From: a virus
Taxonomy: Duplodnaviria; Caudoviricetes
Virus record (IMG/VR): IMGVR_UViG_3300020442_002570
Coordinates: 1-37,113 of that record
DNA length: 37,113 bases
Direction: 5' to 3' (one strand)
Shown: piece after piece, positions 25,757-35,916 of the stretch
Numbering within the stretch: position 1 is the first letter of the stretch
Layout: every line of letters starts with the position of its first letter
Notes under the pieces: model-generated
Seen by the model: only the letters and a program-made list of their open reading frames with translations
Told to the model about the DNA's origin: nothing
The model's database searches: none
Made by a program: the position numbers and the translations under genes

Positions 25757-28700
25757 TTATCCGTTAAACTCATCTCTTTCAGTTCTTGCTCCAAAGAACA
25801 TATTAAGAGCTTGTAGTCCTCCGCCTAAAGGCCCATTAACACCAAAACTTGGGCTCACAGTAGTCATTGCTAATGGATTGTTAGATCCTGCTGTGTTTGA
25901 TATAGTTCTTCCACCAAGTTTAACCTGTCCTGCTGTTAATTCGTTAGTAAATAGATTTGATCCACCACCTGTAAATCTATTTTCAATATATGATTTCAGT
26001 GCTTTTTGTGTTGGTACAATATTATTGCTGTTTGCTACAAAGGAATCTTCAGTTGAAAATTCTCTAATAACAGCTTGTGTGCCACCAACGCTGATACCAC
26101 CTAATCTAATTTCATCTAGTCCTTCTAAATCAAAGAAGTCTGCACTTAAAGTAACGCCTCCTTGTGCCTGCGATACTCTAAATAGTTCACCAACTCTGTA
26201 GTTACCATCTTGGTCTGTGCTTGTGTAGAATACTCTACCACCATTTGATTCAACTACTTCGTTAGCTTGTTTAGTTTCATTTGCACTTGTTTGCCCAAAT
26301 ACATACAATCCAGGATAGTTTGTATTTGTAAAGTTACCAGTACCAATATCTAGGAAATCATGTCCAGTTAATCTAGCTTGAGAATATCTCTCTCTGATCG
26401 TTGCAGTCGTTCCATGTGCCGGTGCAGTTGTTCTTGTAATGACCGGAGATATTTGGAATGTAATCTGTATGTTAGGTGCAACTCCGCTTGATTTTGTCAC
26501 CTTAACTAATCTGTAAATTGTATCTTCTTGACCAGTAATTCTAAAGTTAGCTCCTGGTCCTGGTACTAAACTTAATCCATTAACTGTCATGGTGTTACCG
26601 ATTTGTAATTCTTCAGCATAACCATCTCCAGTTATTTCAACAATAGCACTTTGATATCCTGTTCCTCTGTTATAGAAAATTGGTTGAGGTAATACCTTAG
26701 GACTAATAGTTGCTGAGAAATATGGTTCACCAGTTTCTTCCGGATCATACACCGAAATAGTTGGTGCAACTGAATATCCTGATCCTGGATCAATTATGTT
26801 AAATTGTTTAATTTTGTTTGCTTCTATTCTTAATCTAGCAAATGCTTTCGCTCCACCAGTAACAATATTTCCAGTTCCTGCACCTGTTCTTAAACCAACA
26901 AGTCTTGGAAGATCGTTGTGTTTACCTCCAGCTATAGCTGTTAGATTATTGTTTGTGGCTCTTATGGTCCAACCATATCCGTTGTCAGATGATAAAGTTG
27001 TTCCAGTTGAACTTACTGCTACAAATAATCCTTGAGTATATCCAACTTTCCAATCTTCTCTACCTGAATCTCCTACTAGACCTGAGTCATACCAAGTAGT
27101 TCCGTTATCGCTGTAAATAATTCTATCTGATTGGGCCATTGTTGCTACCCAACAGTTATTACCAAATACTAAATCACTGTAAACTTCTGGTGATGCTGGA
27201 GTAACAGCCGCCCCAGTTGACCAAGTAGCTCCGTCATCTGTTGATATCACTGTGTTTCCATCATTAGCAAGTGCAATCCATTTACCTGCACCATAAGCTA
27301 ATCCTACCCATTCCTTATTGCCAAGGGCACCACTTGCAACCGCGTCCCATGATCCAGCAACAACAGTTGATGTGCCGTCAGTAGTCAGTGCTGATTTGTA
27401 AATTGTTGCATTAGTATTTGCCAATGCCATAATTACGTTTCCGTTTGCTCCACCAACTTGTACTTTCTTCCAACTTGCACTTACTGGTAAAGTAATTCTA
27501 TCAAAGTTAATACCGTCATTAGAGAAAACTAATTGATCTGTACTATCAGCAACACCTACAATAACTTTTCCTCCTTTAGAAAAAGCTGTGTATGAAAGTC
27601 CAGGTGCTCCCGGACCTGCTGTTGTTGGTCTTTGATTCCATATTGATCCGTCTACTGATGTATAAAAATCATCAGTACCTGTCACAGCATAATACCATAA
27701 ACCTAATTCTGCACTATAACCAATGTCTGGTGCACCAGTCTGTAAATTATTATTTGACAAACTAATTGTTGGTCCTGCGATAGATACTCTTGGTTCTATT
27801 TCGTATTCTGTAGTTGCATCTAAAACTGTTGCAGAAACTCTTCCTGGAATAATATTATCCCAACCAGGTTGTGAATCAGACTCTCTGTATATTGTTGCTT
27901 GTTTTGTTGAAGGATCAAAGTTCCAAATGTATCCGTATTGACCTGCTCCAGTTCCACCTTTAATGAATATTCTCATACCATTAAGCTGTGCCGCGGTCTT
28001 TGTATTAGAAGCCGCAAGTGTAATTTGATCAGTGTCGCCTCCTTGTGCAGTGTTAGCATCAAACTGGAAGCCTCTACCGCCTAAGTTTGTACTATCTAAT
28101 GGAGAATCTAATGTAATTTTATCAATAGCACCATCTCTAAACTCGTCCCATCTCATATCAAGAGCTGTACCGTTAGCTTGTGTTACAGAATCTGTTGCAG
28201 AAGTGTAATGCTTACCTGCGTTTTTGTATTCTAATGCAAGAACGTTTGAACCTGTTGTAAATATTCTATCAACAAGTGCTTCGTTGTCTCTGTTGTTTAC
28301 TGTTACAGTTTGTGGAGTTTCTGTTGAATCGAATCCTTCTGCTACTGTTCCAAAATCACCATATGAATTGTTTCCGTTTGTTGCACGTAATATTCCACCG
28401 TTTTCTGCTAGATAACCGATATGTGCATAGTAAGTAAACACTGATACAAGCTCTGAGCGTCCTAAGTTTGTTGCCCAGTAACCAATACCGTCTGAAAGAA
28501 CTTGTGTAAAATCGTTAGCAACAATGGATCTATTTCCGCCGTCATGCAACGCTCCGTCAATCTTCATTCCAACACAATTATCACCAACTGTTGTTACACC
28601 TTGAATGTAAGGTGATTTACCACCTTGTATTCTGTCTACAGCGATTGCATCAGCAAGAGCACTTACAAATGTATGTGCATACTGATCGCTTGCTGAAGAT

Positions 28701-31336
28701 TTTCCAACATTGACTGTAAATGTATTTGTTGTTACTGCTGTAATTGCTAATCTCTTGTTATAAGCAGGATCAGTTGTTCTTGGATAAGTTTTTTGTGCAG
28801 TATTGCCATCCATAGTACATGTAAATGTATAGCTGTTACCTTTTAATGTTACAAAGTCACCAATCTTAAAGTTGTGTGTCCAGTTGACTGCATTAGCCGC
28901 CGCAGATTCAAATCTGTGTGTGCTTGTATCTGAACTTACACCCACATTCACAGTGAATGTTGTTGCAGAAACTGCTAAAATTTTTGTTTGTGTTGCATAA
29001 ACAGGATCACTTACTCTCGGATATGCTTTTACACTTTCATAATTGTCTAATGCACATCTAAATTGTATGCTTTCTGGATCAAATGTAATTGATTCTCCTG
29101 GTGTAAGAGAGTGGGCGCCTATTGTGACTTCCATAAATCCAGTAGCTGGATCATATGTTGCGTCTGTTGGTGTATACTCTACTGTTGGAATAGTTGAAAC
29201 TAACAAACCTGTAGCTGGATCATACGTAGCAGTGCTTGGTGTAAAGTACTGTTTATTATTGTTTGCAATCCAAACTGATGTGTCTGTTGGTCCTGTACCC
29301 GGATCAAGTGATACAAATGCTCCACCAGTTGGTCTTTTTGTTCCATAGATGTTTGGTCCTACCAGTGCTCCTGTTAATCCTTTGAGTGTGCAGTTTCTTA
29401 TTCCGCCACCGTTTCTAACATAGAACATGTTATTTCTTTTATTACTATCAGAAATAATTTCATTTCCTGGATTAGGATCTGCTAAAGTTCTTTCCTTTTT
29501 AATTACATCTGTTTCTAATGCCGCTCTAATAGTAGTTGATCTTAGTTCCGAACCAACAATAGCTACTTTAGCCGGTATACTGATTGGAAGTATTTCAGGA
29601 TAATCTCCAGCGGCAACTTTGATAGTCGCACCCTGTCTTACTCTGTTTACTTCGTCTCTTAAAAGATACTTACATGCAAAGCCTACTGTTCTAAATGGTG
29701 CGTTTAATGATCCGCCTTGTGCTTCGTCATCAATACCATGTTGTGCTACATGATAAACTTGTTCTTGTTTATCTAAAGAATCCCAAGAAGGTAAACCACT
29801 TGTTACTCTTAAACCTTGACCTGTTTGTCCAATAGCTAAACGTTGTGTATCAATTGCTGTTGAATCTTGATCTTCAAAAGTTTTAAGGTCACCTTTTCTA
29901 GCAAGTTTGTTTGTTCTATTACCTAAGATATTAATTACCCAGTAATTTTGATCTGGTTGTTCAACATCTAAATCTGGTCTTGAAGCAGACTCAGTTGATC
30001 TGTGATATGCAATACATTTATAAGCAGTACCTTGCCATGTTGCAATATCGCCTGCAAAATATTCTGTATCATCTTGCCATGAATCTCTAAACTGTCTTCC
30101 GTCAATTACTTTTTCCCAATAAGTAGGCCACTGATCCGGTTGTAAGTTTGTGCTATCTTGTACTGCTATGTATAAGCTACCTGAAAGCCTAACAAGATCA
30201 CCTGTTCTATAATCTATAATTGTTGAACTATCAGCCGAACCTTGATTGTTCCAATCATTTCTAAATTTGTATCCTTCAAATGTTACGTTCCAGTCTGAAG
30301 TATATTGACTAGGATTGACTCCGGTATTAAAGGTAATTGCTTTATAAATGTAACCGCCATATAATACCGTATCACCTGGTTGGTAGTAAATGCTTTCAGA
30401 CCAAACATTTTCATATTCTGATCCTGGTAGATAAGTTGACCATTTGCTTGCCGCATAATCTGTATTAAATCCTGCATCACCTGCTGTTGACGTGTGTCCT
30501 ACTAGACATCTCATCAAGTTTCCGCCACGTTTTACAATATCATTTTTCTTATATCTATATTCTTCTTGCCAATCGCCTGAAGTAACGCCGCTTAATTCGT
30601 CAGTCTTTGTAACATATTCAATACCCTCAATTTGGATTTCCCATTTAGCTTGATCTTCTTCCAAACCTAAAGTGATATTATCTGCAGATGTGTGTCCAGT
30701 GATACATTTATAAACTATTCCACCGTACCTTGCGATGTCATTTGCTTTGTATCTGGTTCCGATTGACCAAGTGCCTCTCCATGTATCAGCATCTGATAAA
30801 ATTGTCCAGTCAGCTTGGTTTGCTTCAAGACCTAATAATGTTGTTGCGGCAGATACGTGCTGATTTATAGCTTTGTAAACCTTACCGTTATATCTTACAA
30901 GATCATTTGTTCTGTATAGTGTATTAACAGTCCAGTTGTATTTCCAGTCGGCAGAGGAAACTGCAACAAGTGTCCATTTGTTAATATCAGCTACAAGTCC
31001 ATCTGTACCTGAACTAAAAGTAGCAGAAGAAGTATGTGCTTCAGTACATTGGTAAATGCTTGCTCCGTATTTTACAATACCACCTACAGAGTATGCTGTA
31101 GATGTTGTCCAATCACCTAACCAAACAACACCTTCTGATTGCTTTTTCCATTTTGGTTTAGCTGGTGTTAAATCTGTTCCAGCTAAATCGTTGTAAAAGT
31201 CTGCGGAAGTGTGTGTTCTTAAAGCAACATAAGTGTAACCGTTGTAGTTGATCATATCGTCTACAATATAATCAGTACCACCAATCCACGTACCTTTCCA
31301 ATTAAATCTAATTCTACTTAATTTAAACTCTGCCAT
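25757..31336 (-). CDS. Giant virion fibre/spike protein (1859 aa): 8 CBM5/12-like repeats, beta-helix, Asp-box beta-propeller
   Basis: Same N-terminus MAEFKLxRIRFxWK and C-terminal blocks as the 1612-aa paralog. Asp-boxes TSVDGSIW, FSNDGINF, STDDGATW, YSDNGTTW, SSDNGYGW. Confidence 0.85.
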   Translation of the reverse strand: MAEFKLSRIRFNWKGTWIGGTDYIVDDMINYNGYTYVALRTHTSADFYNDLAGTDLTPAKPKWKKQSEGVVWLGDWTTSTAYSVGGIVKYGASIYQCTEAHTSSATFSSGTDGLVADINKWTLVAVSSADWKYNWTVNTLYRTNDLVRYNGKVYKAINQHVSAATTLLGLEANQADWTILSDADTWRGTWSIGTRYKANDIARYGGIVYKCITGHTSADNITLGLEEDQAKWEIQIEGIEYVTKTDELSGVTSGDWQEEYRYKKNDIVKRGGNLMRCLVGHTSTAGDAGFNTDYAASKWSTYLPGSEYENVWSESIYYQPGDTVLYGGYIYKAITFNTGVNPSQYTSDWNVTFEGYKFRNDWNNQGSADSSTIIDYRTGDLVRLSGSLYIAVQDSTNLQPDQWPTYWEKVIDGRQFRDSWQDDTEYFAGDIATWQGTAYKCIAYHRSTESASRPDLDVEQPDQNYWVINILGNRTNKLARKGDLKTFEDQDSTAIDTQRLAIGQTGQGLRVTSGLPSWDSLDKQEQVYHVAQHGIDDEAQGGSLNAPFRTVGFACKYLLRDEVNRVRQGATIKVAAGDYPEILPISIPAKVAIVGSELRSTTIRAALETDVIKKERTLADPNPGNEIISDSNKRNNMFYVRNGGGIRNCTLKGLTGALVGPNIYGTKRPTGGAFVSLDPGTGPTDTSVWIANNNKQYFTPSTATYDPATGLLVSTIPTVEYTPTDATYDPATGFMEVTIGAHSLTPGESITFDPESIQFRCALDNYESVKAYPRVSDPVYATQTKILAVSATTFTVNVGVSSDTSTHRFESAAANAVNWTHNFKIGDFVTLKGNSYTFTCTMDGNTAQKTYPRTTDPAYNKRLAITAVTTNTFTVNVGKSSASDQYAHTFVSALADAIAVDRIQGGKSPYIQGVTTVGDNCVGMKIDGALHDGGNRSIVANDFTQVLSDGIGYWATNLGRSELVSVFTYYAHIGYLAENGGILRATNGNNSYGDFGTVAEGFDSTETPQTVTVNNRDNEALVDRIFTTGSNVLALEYKNAGKHYTSATDSVTQANGTALDMRWDEFRDGAIDKITLDSPLDSTNLGGRGFQFDANTAQGGDTDQITLAASNTKTAAQLNGMRIFIKGGTGAGQYGYIWNFDPSTKQATIYRESDSQPGWDNIIPGRVSATVLDATTEYEIEPRVSIAGPTISLSNNNLQTGAPDIGYSAELGLWYYAVTGTDDFYTSVDGSIWNQRPTTAGPGAPGLSYTAFSKGGKVIVGVADSTDQLVFSNDGINFDRITLPVSASWKKVQVGGANGNVIMALANTNATIYKSALTTDGTSTVVAGSWDAVASGALGNKEWVGLAYGAGKWIALANDGNTVISTDDGATWSTGAAVTPASPEVYSDLVFGNNCWVATMAQSDRIIYSDNGTTWYDSGLVGDSGREDWKVGYTQGLFVAVSSTGTTLSSDNGYGWTIRATNNNLTAIAGGKHNDLPRLVGLRTGAGTGNIVTGGAKAFARLRIEANKIKQFNIIDPGSGYSVAPTISVYDPEETGEPYFSATISPKVLPQPIFYNRGTGYQSAIVEITGDGYAEELQIGNTMTVNGLSLVPGPGANFRITGQEDTIYRLVKVTKSSGVAPNIQITFQISPVITRTTAPAHGTTATIRERYSQARLTGHDFLDIGTGNFTNTNYPGLYVFGQTSANETKQANEVVESNGGRVFYTSTDQDGNYRVGELFRVSQAQGGVTLSADFFDLEGLDEIRLGGISVGGTQAVIREFSTEDSFVANSNNIVPTQKALKSYIENRFTGGGSNLFTNELTAGQVKLGGRTISNTAGSNNPLAMTTVSPSFGVNGPLGGGLQALNMFFGARTERDEFNG

Positions 31337-31353
31337 TTTTTCTACCTTTTACG

Positions 31354-31361
31354 TATTTATT
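31354..31361 (-). promoter_or_regulatory. T4-like late promoter (AATAAATA) overlapping the upstream stop codon
   Basis: ATAAATA 18 nt upstream of the 31336 start. Confidence 0.55.
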
Positions 31362-31719
31362 ATACTCCTGTAGGGTAGGTGTAACCTTCATTTACCCTTG
31401 CTACTAAATTTCCGCTATCGTCAATATAGTAATTAATATTTCTGTTATCCCATTTATACTGCTCATAATTTAAGTTGGCATAAACCTTTTCATGGTTAAC
31501 GTTTCTGCCTTCTAAGAAATTTTCTCCTTCATCAAAATCTTCATAATTTTGTGCAGGATCACCTTCTTTGTTAATTATGATGCTTTCGTTACTCTTTAAT
31601 TGATCAACTTTTGCAATAAAAAGTTCACCGTCGTCGGTTCTACGCAAACCATAAAAATATCTTGCATTGGTTTGGTTAACCATATCTGTAATACTTTGTC
31701 CTAAGAATGTATCAGCCAT
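31360..31719 (-). CDS. Hypothetical virion-associated protein (119 aa)
   Basis: ORF track. TAATG overlap with the upstream gene. Contains RYFYGLRRTDDGEL and YEQYKWD..INYYID motifs. Confidence 0.75.
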   Translation of the reverse strand: MADTFLGQSITDMVNQTNARYFYGLRRTDDGELFIAKVDQLKSNESIIINKEGDPAQNYEDFDEGENFLEGRNVNHEKVYANLNYEQYKWDNRNINYYIDDSGNLVARVNEGYTYPTGV

Positions 31720-32048
31720 TACACTATCTCCACTATGCTGAGTATAACATCAAGCGATGCAGTTTGATCAGCGGTTACATATAAAACATTGGTTGCGTCT
31801 AAAACAATTTTTTCACCTTTACCTATCGGCTTCATTGCAGTGTTAGGAGCAATGGCCATATCCTTGATTAAGAATCCGATGTTACTTGCTTCGTCTCCAA
31901 TCTCAATGCTACAATTTACCATAGAATCAGTTAAGTTTGCAATGTTCATTCCGATAACCGTTGTGCTTGTTGCCGCCGGCACCGTGTACACAGCTACTCT
32001 TTCTGTTCCTATATCTTTTCCAATTACATTTCTAAAATTTGTTGCCAT
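31719..32048 (-). CDS. Small virion beta-sandwich protein (VYTVP family)
   Basis: AVYTVPAATSTTVIGMNIAN...LIKDMAIAPN...KIVLDAT..LYV...LDVILSIVEI. Confidence 0.75.
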   Translation of the reverse strand: MATNFRNVIGKDIGTERVAVYTVPAATSTTVIGMNIANLTDSMVNCSIEIGDEASNIGFLIKDMAIAPNTAMKPIGKGEKIVLDATNVLYVTADQTASLDVILSIVEIV

Positions 32049-32058
32049 CTTTCTTTTC

Positions 32059-35000
32059 CTATAATACTAATGCAAGTTTTACTGCAATTTCCTCAGCATC
32101 GTTAAACGTAACAGCACCTGTTGCACCTGCAACTGAAACCCAGTTACCACCAATGTCGTAAATTTCAACCCTATCTTCCACTGTGTTATAACGCATCATT
32201 CCTGTTTCTGGACTAGGATGTCTATTTGCGTTATTACCTACTGGAATAACAAATCCGCCATTTCCTTCAATTTTGAAGTAACCTGTACCAACTTGTTTTA
32301 GAGTAGTAACTGCTCCGTCTACATTATTAGTTATCTGATTTCCATTAAAACTAAAGTTTTCGATTGATACAAAACCACCGCCATTTGCTTGTAAAACAAG
32401 GTTTTGATTAGTTGTAATTGTTTGTAAAGTATTTCCAGATACACTAATATCGTCAACTTCTAGTCTTTGTACATCAAATCTGTTTGCTGTAACATCAGCA
32501 ACAAGTGATCCACCTGCATAAAAACGCAAAGTATCATCGTCTGCTCCTGGTGTTAATTCTGGTGTAATATAAGTATCTCTATCGTCATCATACACACCGC
32601 CCAATTCAGTCCATTGCCCGTCGTATGCTTCAAATACATTTGTATCTGTGTTGTATCTAATCATACCAGTAGCAGGAGTTCCTGGTCTTTGAGCTGTTGT
32701 ACCTTTTGGTATTACTAATGCTCCTGTGCTATCTACTACAACAGATTCGCTTTGTGAATCTAATACAATATTTCCAGAATCATTTGAAATAATATTAGAC
32801 GCAAATTTCAAATTGTCAATTACAATTTTTCCAGCCGCGTTTGGTACAAAATTTAAATTTCCGTTACTTGCTGTCGATTGGACAGTGCTATTGTCAATAG
32901 TGATATCATCAACAATAACTTTTCCTACATTTAGTTCTGACCAATTAAGTAATGATGTTCCAAGTTTATATGTATTATCTGCCGCAGGAATAATATCACT
33001 ATCAATTTTAGCATTAATTTGTATAGTATCTGTTACCTCGTCACCAAGTGTAATATTACCACCAACTGTAACATTTCCAGATACATCTAAGTTTCCTGTT
33101 ATGTTGACATCATCTTGTAAATTAATTGTACCGGAAGAACTGTTTAAATTAATGTCTCCACTAATACTTGAAATTGTATTACCTGTAATTCTTATATTAC
33201 CTGATTCAACTTTTGTTCCGTCAATTATAGTTGTATTGACTCCGTCTGTAAAAGTTATTCCTTGATTATTATTAAATAAAAATTCTGCATTTGTAAATGT
33301 AACTTCACCTGTCTCTTGATTTATTCTAAATAAATCACCAACTCTAAAATCGCCTTTATGGTCAACAGTACTGAAGTAAATGTTTGCATTGTTGTTTGCT
33401 GTAATTTCGTTTGCTTGTATTACTGCTGTTGTATCATTTGTTACGTCCTTACCAGTACCAATATAGGCAAGATTCATTCCGATAGCATAAACTATAGATC
33501 CTGATCCATCTCCGTATATTCCATAATTTCCATATACACTTGCACTTGCAATACTTCTGATTTCTCCACCAAAGTCTGAATGATCAACAAGTGTAATAGC
33601 CGTTGCAGTTGCACCGTTATTGAATCTTACATCTTGTATGAATGTATCATTATCTGTTATAATTTGACTTCCGTTGTCTCCATCAAAATCTAATTTTAAA
33701 ACTGTGTATTGATCAACTACTGCCGCCGCTGTTGGATTTGTAAAGTTTGCAGAAACACCAGTACCTTTTCTAACTCTTATATCGTCAAGTCTTCCTTGTA
33801 AGTCACTTGAACTTCCATCGTATTTAGAACCAATGATAAGTGGTTTGGTTGTACCTAAATCAGAACTATTAGTGACAGAATCTATTTGGCTACCGTCTAC
33901 AAATATTTTCATTGTAGTGCCAACTCTTGTTACCATTAAATGATAGAAAGTTGTGTTTATCAATGTAACATTTGGTTGCATAATAATTGTGTTACCAACT
34001 GCTACTATTGGTTTTCTATCGACTGTGTAAAAATGTAAAGCACTGTCTGTATCTGAACCTGCTCTAAAGTCAAACATAGATTCAGTACCAGTATCGTCTG
34101 AAAGATATAAAATACATTCTATTGAAAAATCACCAGTACCAAAGCCAAAGTCTGTTTGTGTTGTTAAACTTAATCTATCACCTGTGCCATCAAATAATGC
34201 AATACCAGATCCAAATTTTACAGGAGCACCTGTCGTAATCTGTGCGTTTCCAACTGCTGTTACAGTTTTCTTATTTCTACTTAATGGTGTAATGTAACCT
34301 GTTGCTTTTCCGTCTATTACTACAGAATTTGTATCAACACTTTCAATAGTGTTATTTGCAAGTAATGTTCCGTTTGCATCGTACAGTGAAATTGTATTTC
34401 CTGCCGAAGGACTAGAACCAGTTAAACCACTGTACTTGATTCTTGTTTTTCCGTCACCCTTTAATCCAGCCGTGCCGTCTACAATATGAATACCTTTATC
34501 AGCAAAGTAAGTAAAACAGTTTAACCATTCTACCCTAGAACCATTTGTTACTTTTAAAGCAGTTTGACCTGGAGTAATAAAAGTGACAGCATGGAAAAGC
34601 ATACTTGCTTCTCTTGAATCTGAATTTGCAATGCTACCATCTAGTAAAGCACCCCTACCTGCGTCTCCTGAATCAAAACCTCTTGGATCTGTATTTGAAG
34701 TTGTTGTACCTTTTGTGATTACTGTTACATTTCTAATATATGGAGATCTTAGATATACTCTAAAATTAGGTGCAAACTTAAATCCATATCCTGTATCACT
34801 TCCGCTATTATAATAAAAGTCTTTGATGGTTACATCTTCAACAGCAGAGTCACCTTGCATATGGAATGCATCATTGCTTTGTGTTCCACTTGTTGGTGAA
34901 ATTTCTACAGAACGTAAACTATGTCCTTTGACTGTTACTCCCATAGGAACATTTAAAGGAAATGCTTCTTGATATTGTCCTGGATATATGTAAACTGTGT

Positions 35001-35778
35001 CGCCTACTCCTGCATAGCTAAGAGCTTTTGCAATAGTTCTTACAGGATCCGCTGGATGTTCTCCTGCTCTTGCATCATCTCCTTGCGTGGAAACATAATA
35101 TAAATTTCCTGGAGTACTAATAAGATTGATGTTTCCAAAGTCTAGGTCATTTGTTGTAAGTGTATTTGTTGTAACGTTTGCAAAATTTCCTGTTGCCCAT
35201 CTTTTTGCATCAGTACCAATGTTGTATGTATTATGCACGTCTGGCATAATATCACTGGCGATATCAGCATTTATAAAAATACTGTCAGTATCTGCATCGC
35301 CAAGCGTAATGTTACCGTCAGCTGATATATTACCAGTTGCATGTAAGTTTCCGTTGACTTGTGTGTTACCAACAATGTTAATGTTACCTGTTCCGTTTGC
35401 TCTAATGAACAGATCATTATTGGTGTTGGTATTTTCTATAAAATTGTTATTAAGTTCTAAGTCACCGACCAATACTCTGTTACCAACAATAGTGTTGTCA
35501 GCTGTAGCTATTGAAAATTCTTGTGCTGTTGTTGAAATAGTGCCAGTACCACCGTCAACTGTAACGTTTCCAATTTGAAATAAATTGTTTGTGATTTCTA
35601 GATCTGTTACTCTAGCTACGCCTTGGACGTCTAATGCGTATTGAGGTGATGTTGTTTTAACTCCGATTCGACGGTTTGTTACATCTAAATATAATAGGTC
35701 GGTCTCAAAGGCCAAATCCACGCCATTGCGTAGTAAATTTGACTTTAAGAGCGGACCCGATATGCGACCAATTGCCAT
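32059..35778 (-). CDS. Large fibre/structural protein (1239 aa) with beta-helix and LamG/concanavalin A-like lectin domain
   Basis: YYVSTQGDD..PVRTIAKAL..GDTVYIYPGQY beta-helix cap. FGFGTGDFSIE..YHLMVTRVG..IFVDG..GRLDDIRV LamG pattern. Two G..A.RP..GMxRYNT modules. Confidence 0.85.
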   Translation of the reverse strand: MAIGRISGPLLKSNLLRNGVDLAFETDLLYLDVTNRRIGVKTTSPQYALDVQGVARVTDLEITNNLFQIGNVTVDGGTGTISTTAQEFSIATADNTIVGNRVLVGDLELNNNFIENTNTNNDLFIRANGTGNINIVGNTQVNGNLHATGNISADGNITLGDADTDSIFINADIASDIMPDVHNTYNIGTDAKRWATGNFANVTTNTLTTNDLDFGNINLISTPGNLYYVSTQGDDARAGEHPADPVRTIAKALSYAGVGDTVYIYPGQYQEAFPLNVPMGVTVKGHSLRSVEISPTSGTQSNDAFHMQGDSAVEDVTIKDFYYNSGSDTGYGFKFAPNFRVYLRSPYIRNVTVITKGTTTSNTDPRGFDSGDAGRGALLDGSIANSDSREASMLFHAVTFITPGQTALKVTNGSRVEWLNCFTYFADKGIHIVDGTAGLKGDGKTRIKYSGLTGSSPSAGNTISLYDANGTLLANNTIESVDTNSVVIDGKATGYITPLSRNKKTVTAVGNAQITTGAPVKFGSGIALFDGTGDRLSLTTQTDFGFGTGDFSIECILYLSDDTGTESMFDFRAGSDTDSALHFYTVDRKPIVAVGNTIIMQPNVTLINTTFYHLMVTRVGTTMKIFVDGSQIDSVTNSSDLGTTKPLIIGSKYDGSSSDLQGRLDDIRVRKGTGVSANFTNPTAAAVVDQYTVLKLDFDGDNGSQIITDNDTFIQDVRFNNGATATAITLVDHSDFGGEIRSIASASVYGNYGIYGDGSGSIVYAIGMNLAYIGTGKDVTNDTTAVIQANEITANNNANIYFSTVDHKGDFRVGDLFRINQETGEVTFTNAEFLFNNNQGITFTDGVNTTIIDGTKVESGNIRITGNTISSISGDINLNSSSGTINLQDDVNITGNLDVSGNVTVGGNITLGDEVTDTIQINAKIDSDIIPAADNTYKLGTSLLNWSELNVGKVIVDDITIDNSTVQSTASNGNLNFVPNAAGKIVIDNLKFASNIISNDSGNIVLDSQSESVVVDSTGALVIPKGTTAQRPGTPATGMIRYNTDTNVFEAYDGQWTELGGVYDDDRDTYITPELTPGADDDTLRFYAGGSLVADVTANRFDVQRLEVDDISVSGNTLQTITTNQNLVLQANGGGFVSIENFSFNGNQITNNVDGAVTTLKQVGTGYFKIEGNGGFVIPVGNNANRHPSPETGMMRYNTVEDRVEIYDIGGNWVSVAGATGAVTFNDAEEIAVKLALVL

Positions 35779-35896
35779 GTCTACTCCTCAATACGGGGAT
35801 CCTGTCCCTCTAGCCCGATTTTCAGCATGTGCTCTTTGCCGGCTAACCACAGTTTGTTAATGCAACAGCTTGGCCTGCTCTTCACTGCATTATAGT
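35779..35896 (-). ncRNA. Candidate structured cis-regulatory 5' leader RNA
   Basis: GC-enriched 118-nt gap between a late promoter and a GAGGAG SD, containing three hairpins: TAATGCA/TGCATTA; TAGCC..AGC-ACAT-GCT..GGCTA; GGGA-CAGGA-TCCC. No family recognised. Confidence 0.45.
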
Positions 35897-35904
35897 TATT
35901 TATG
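35897..35904 (-). promoter_or_regulatory. T4-like late promoter (CATAAATA)
   Basis: Same box as the others, 13 nt after the upstream stop. Confidence 0.7.
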
Positions 35905-35916
35905 TGATTTTGTTAA

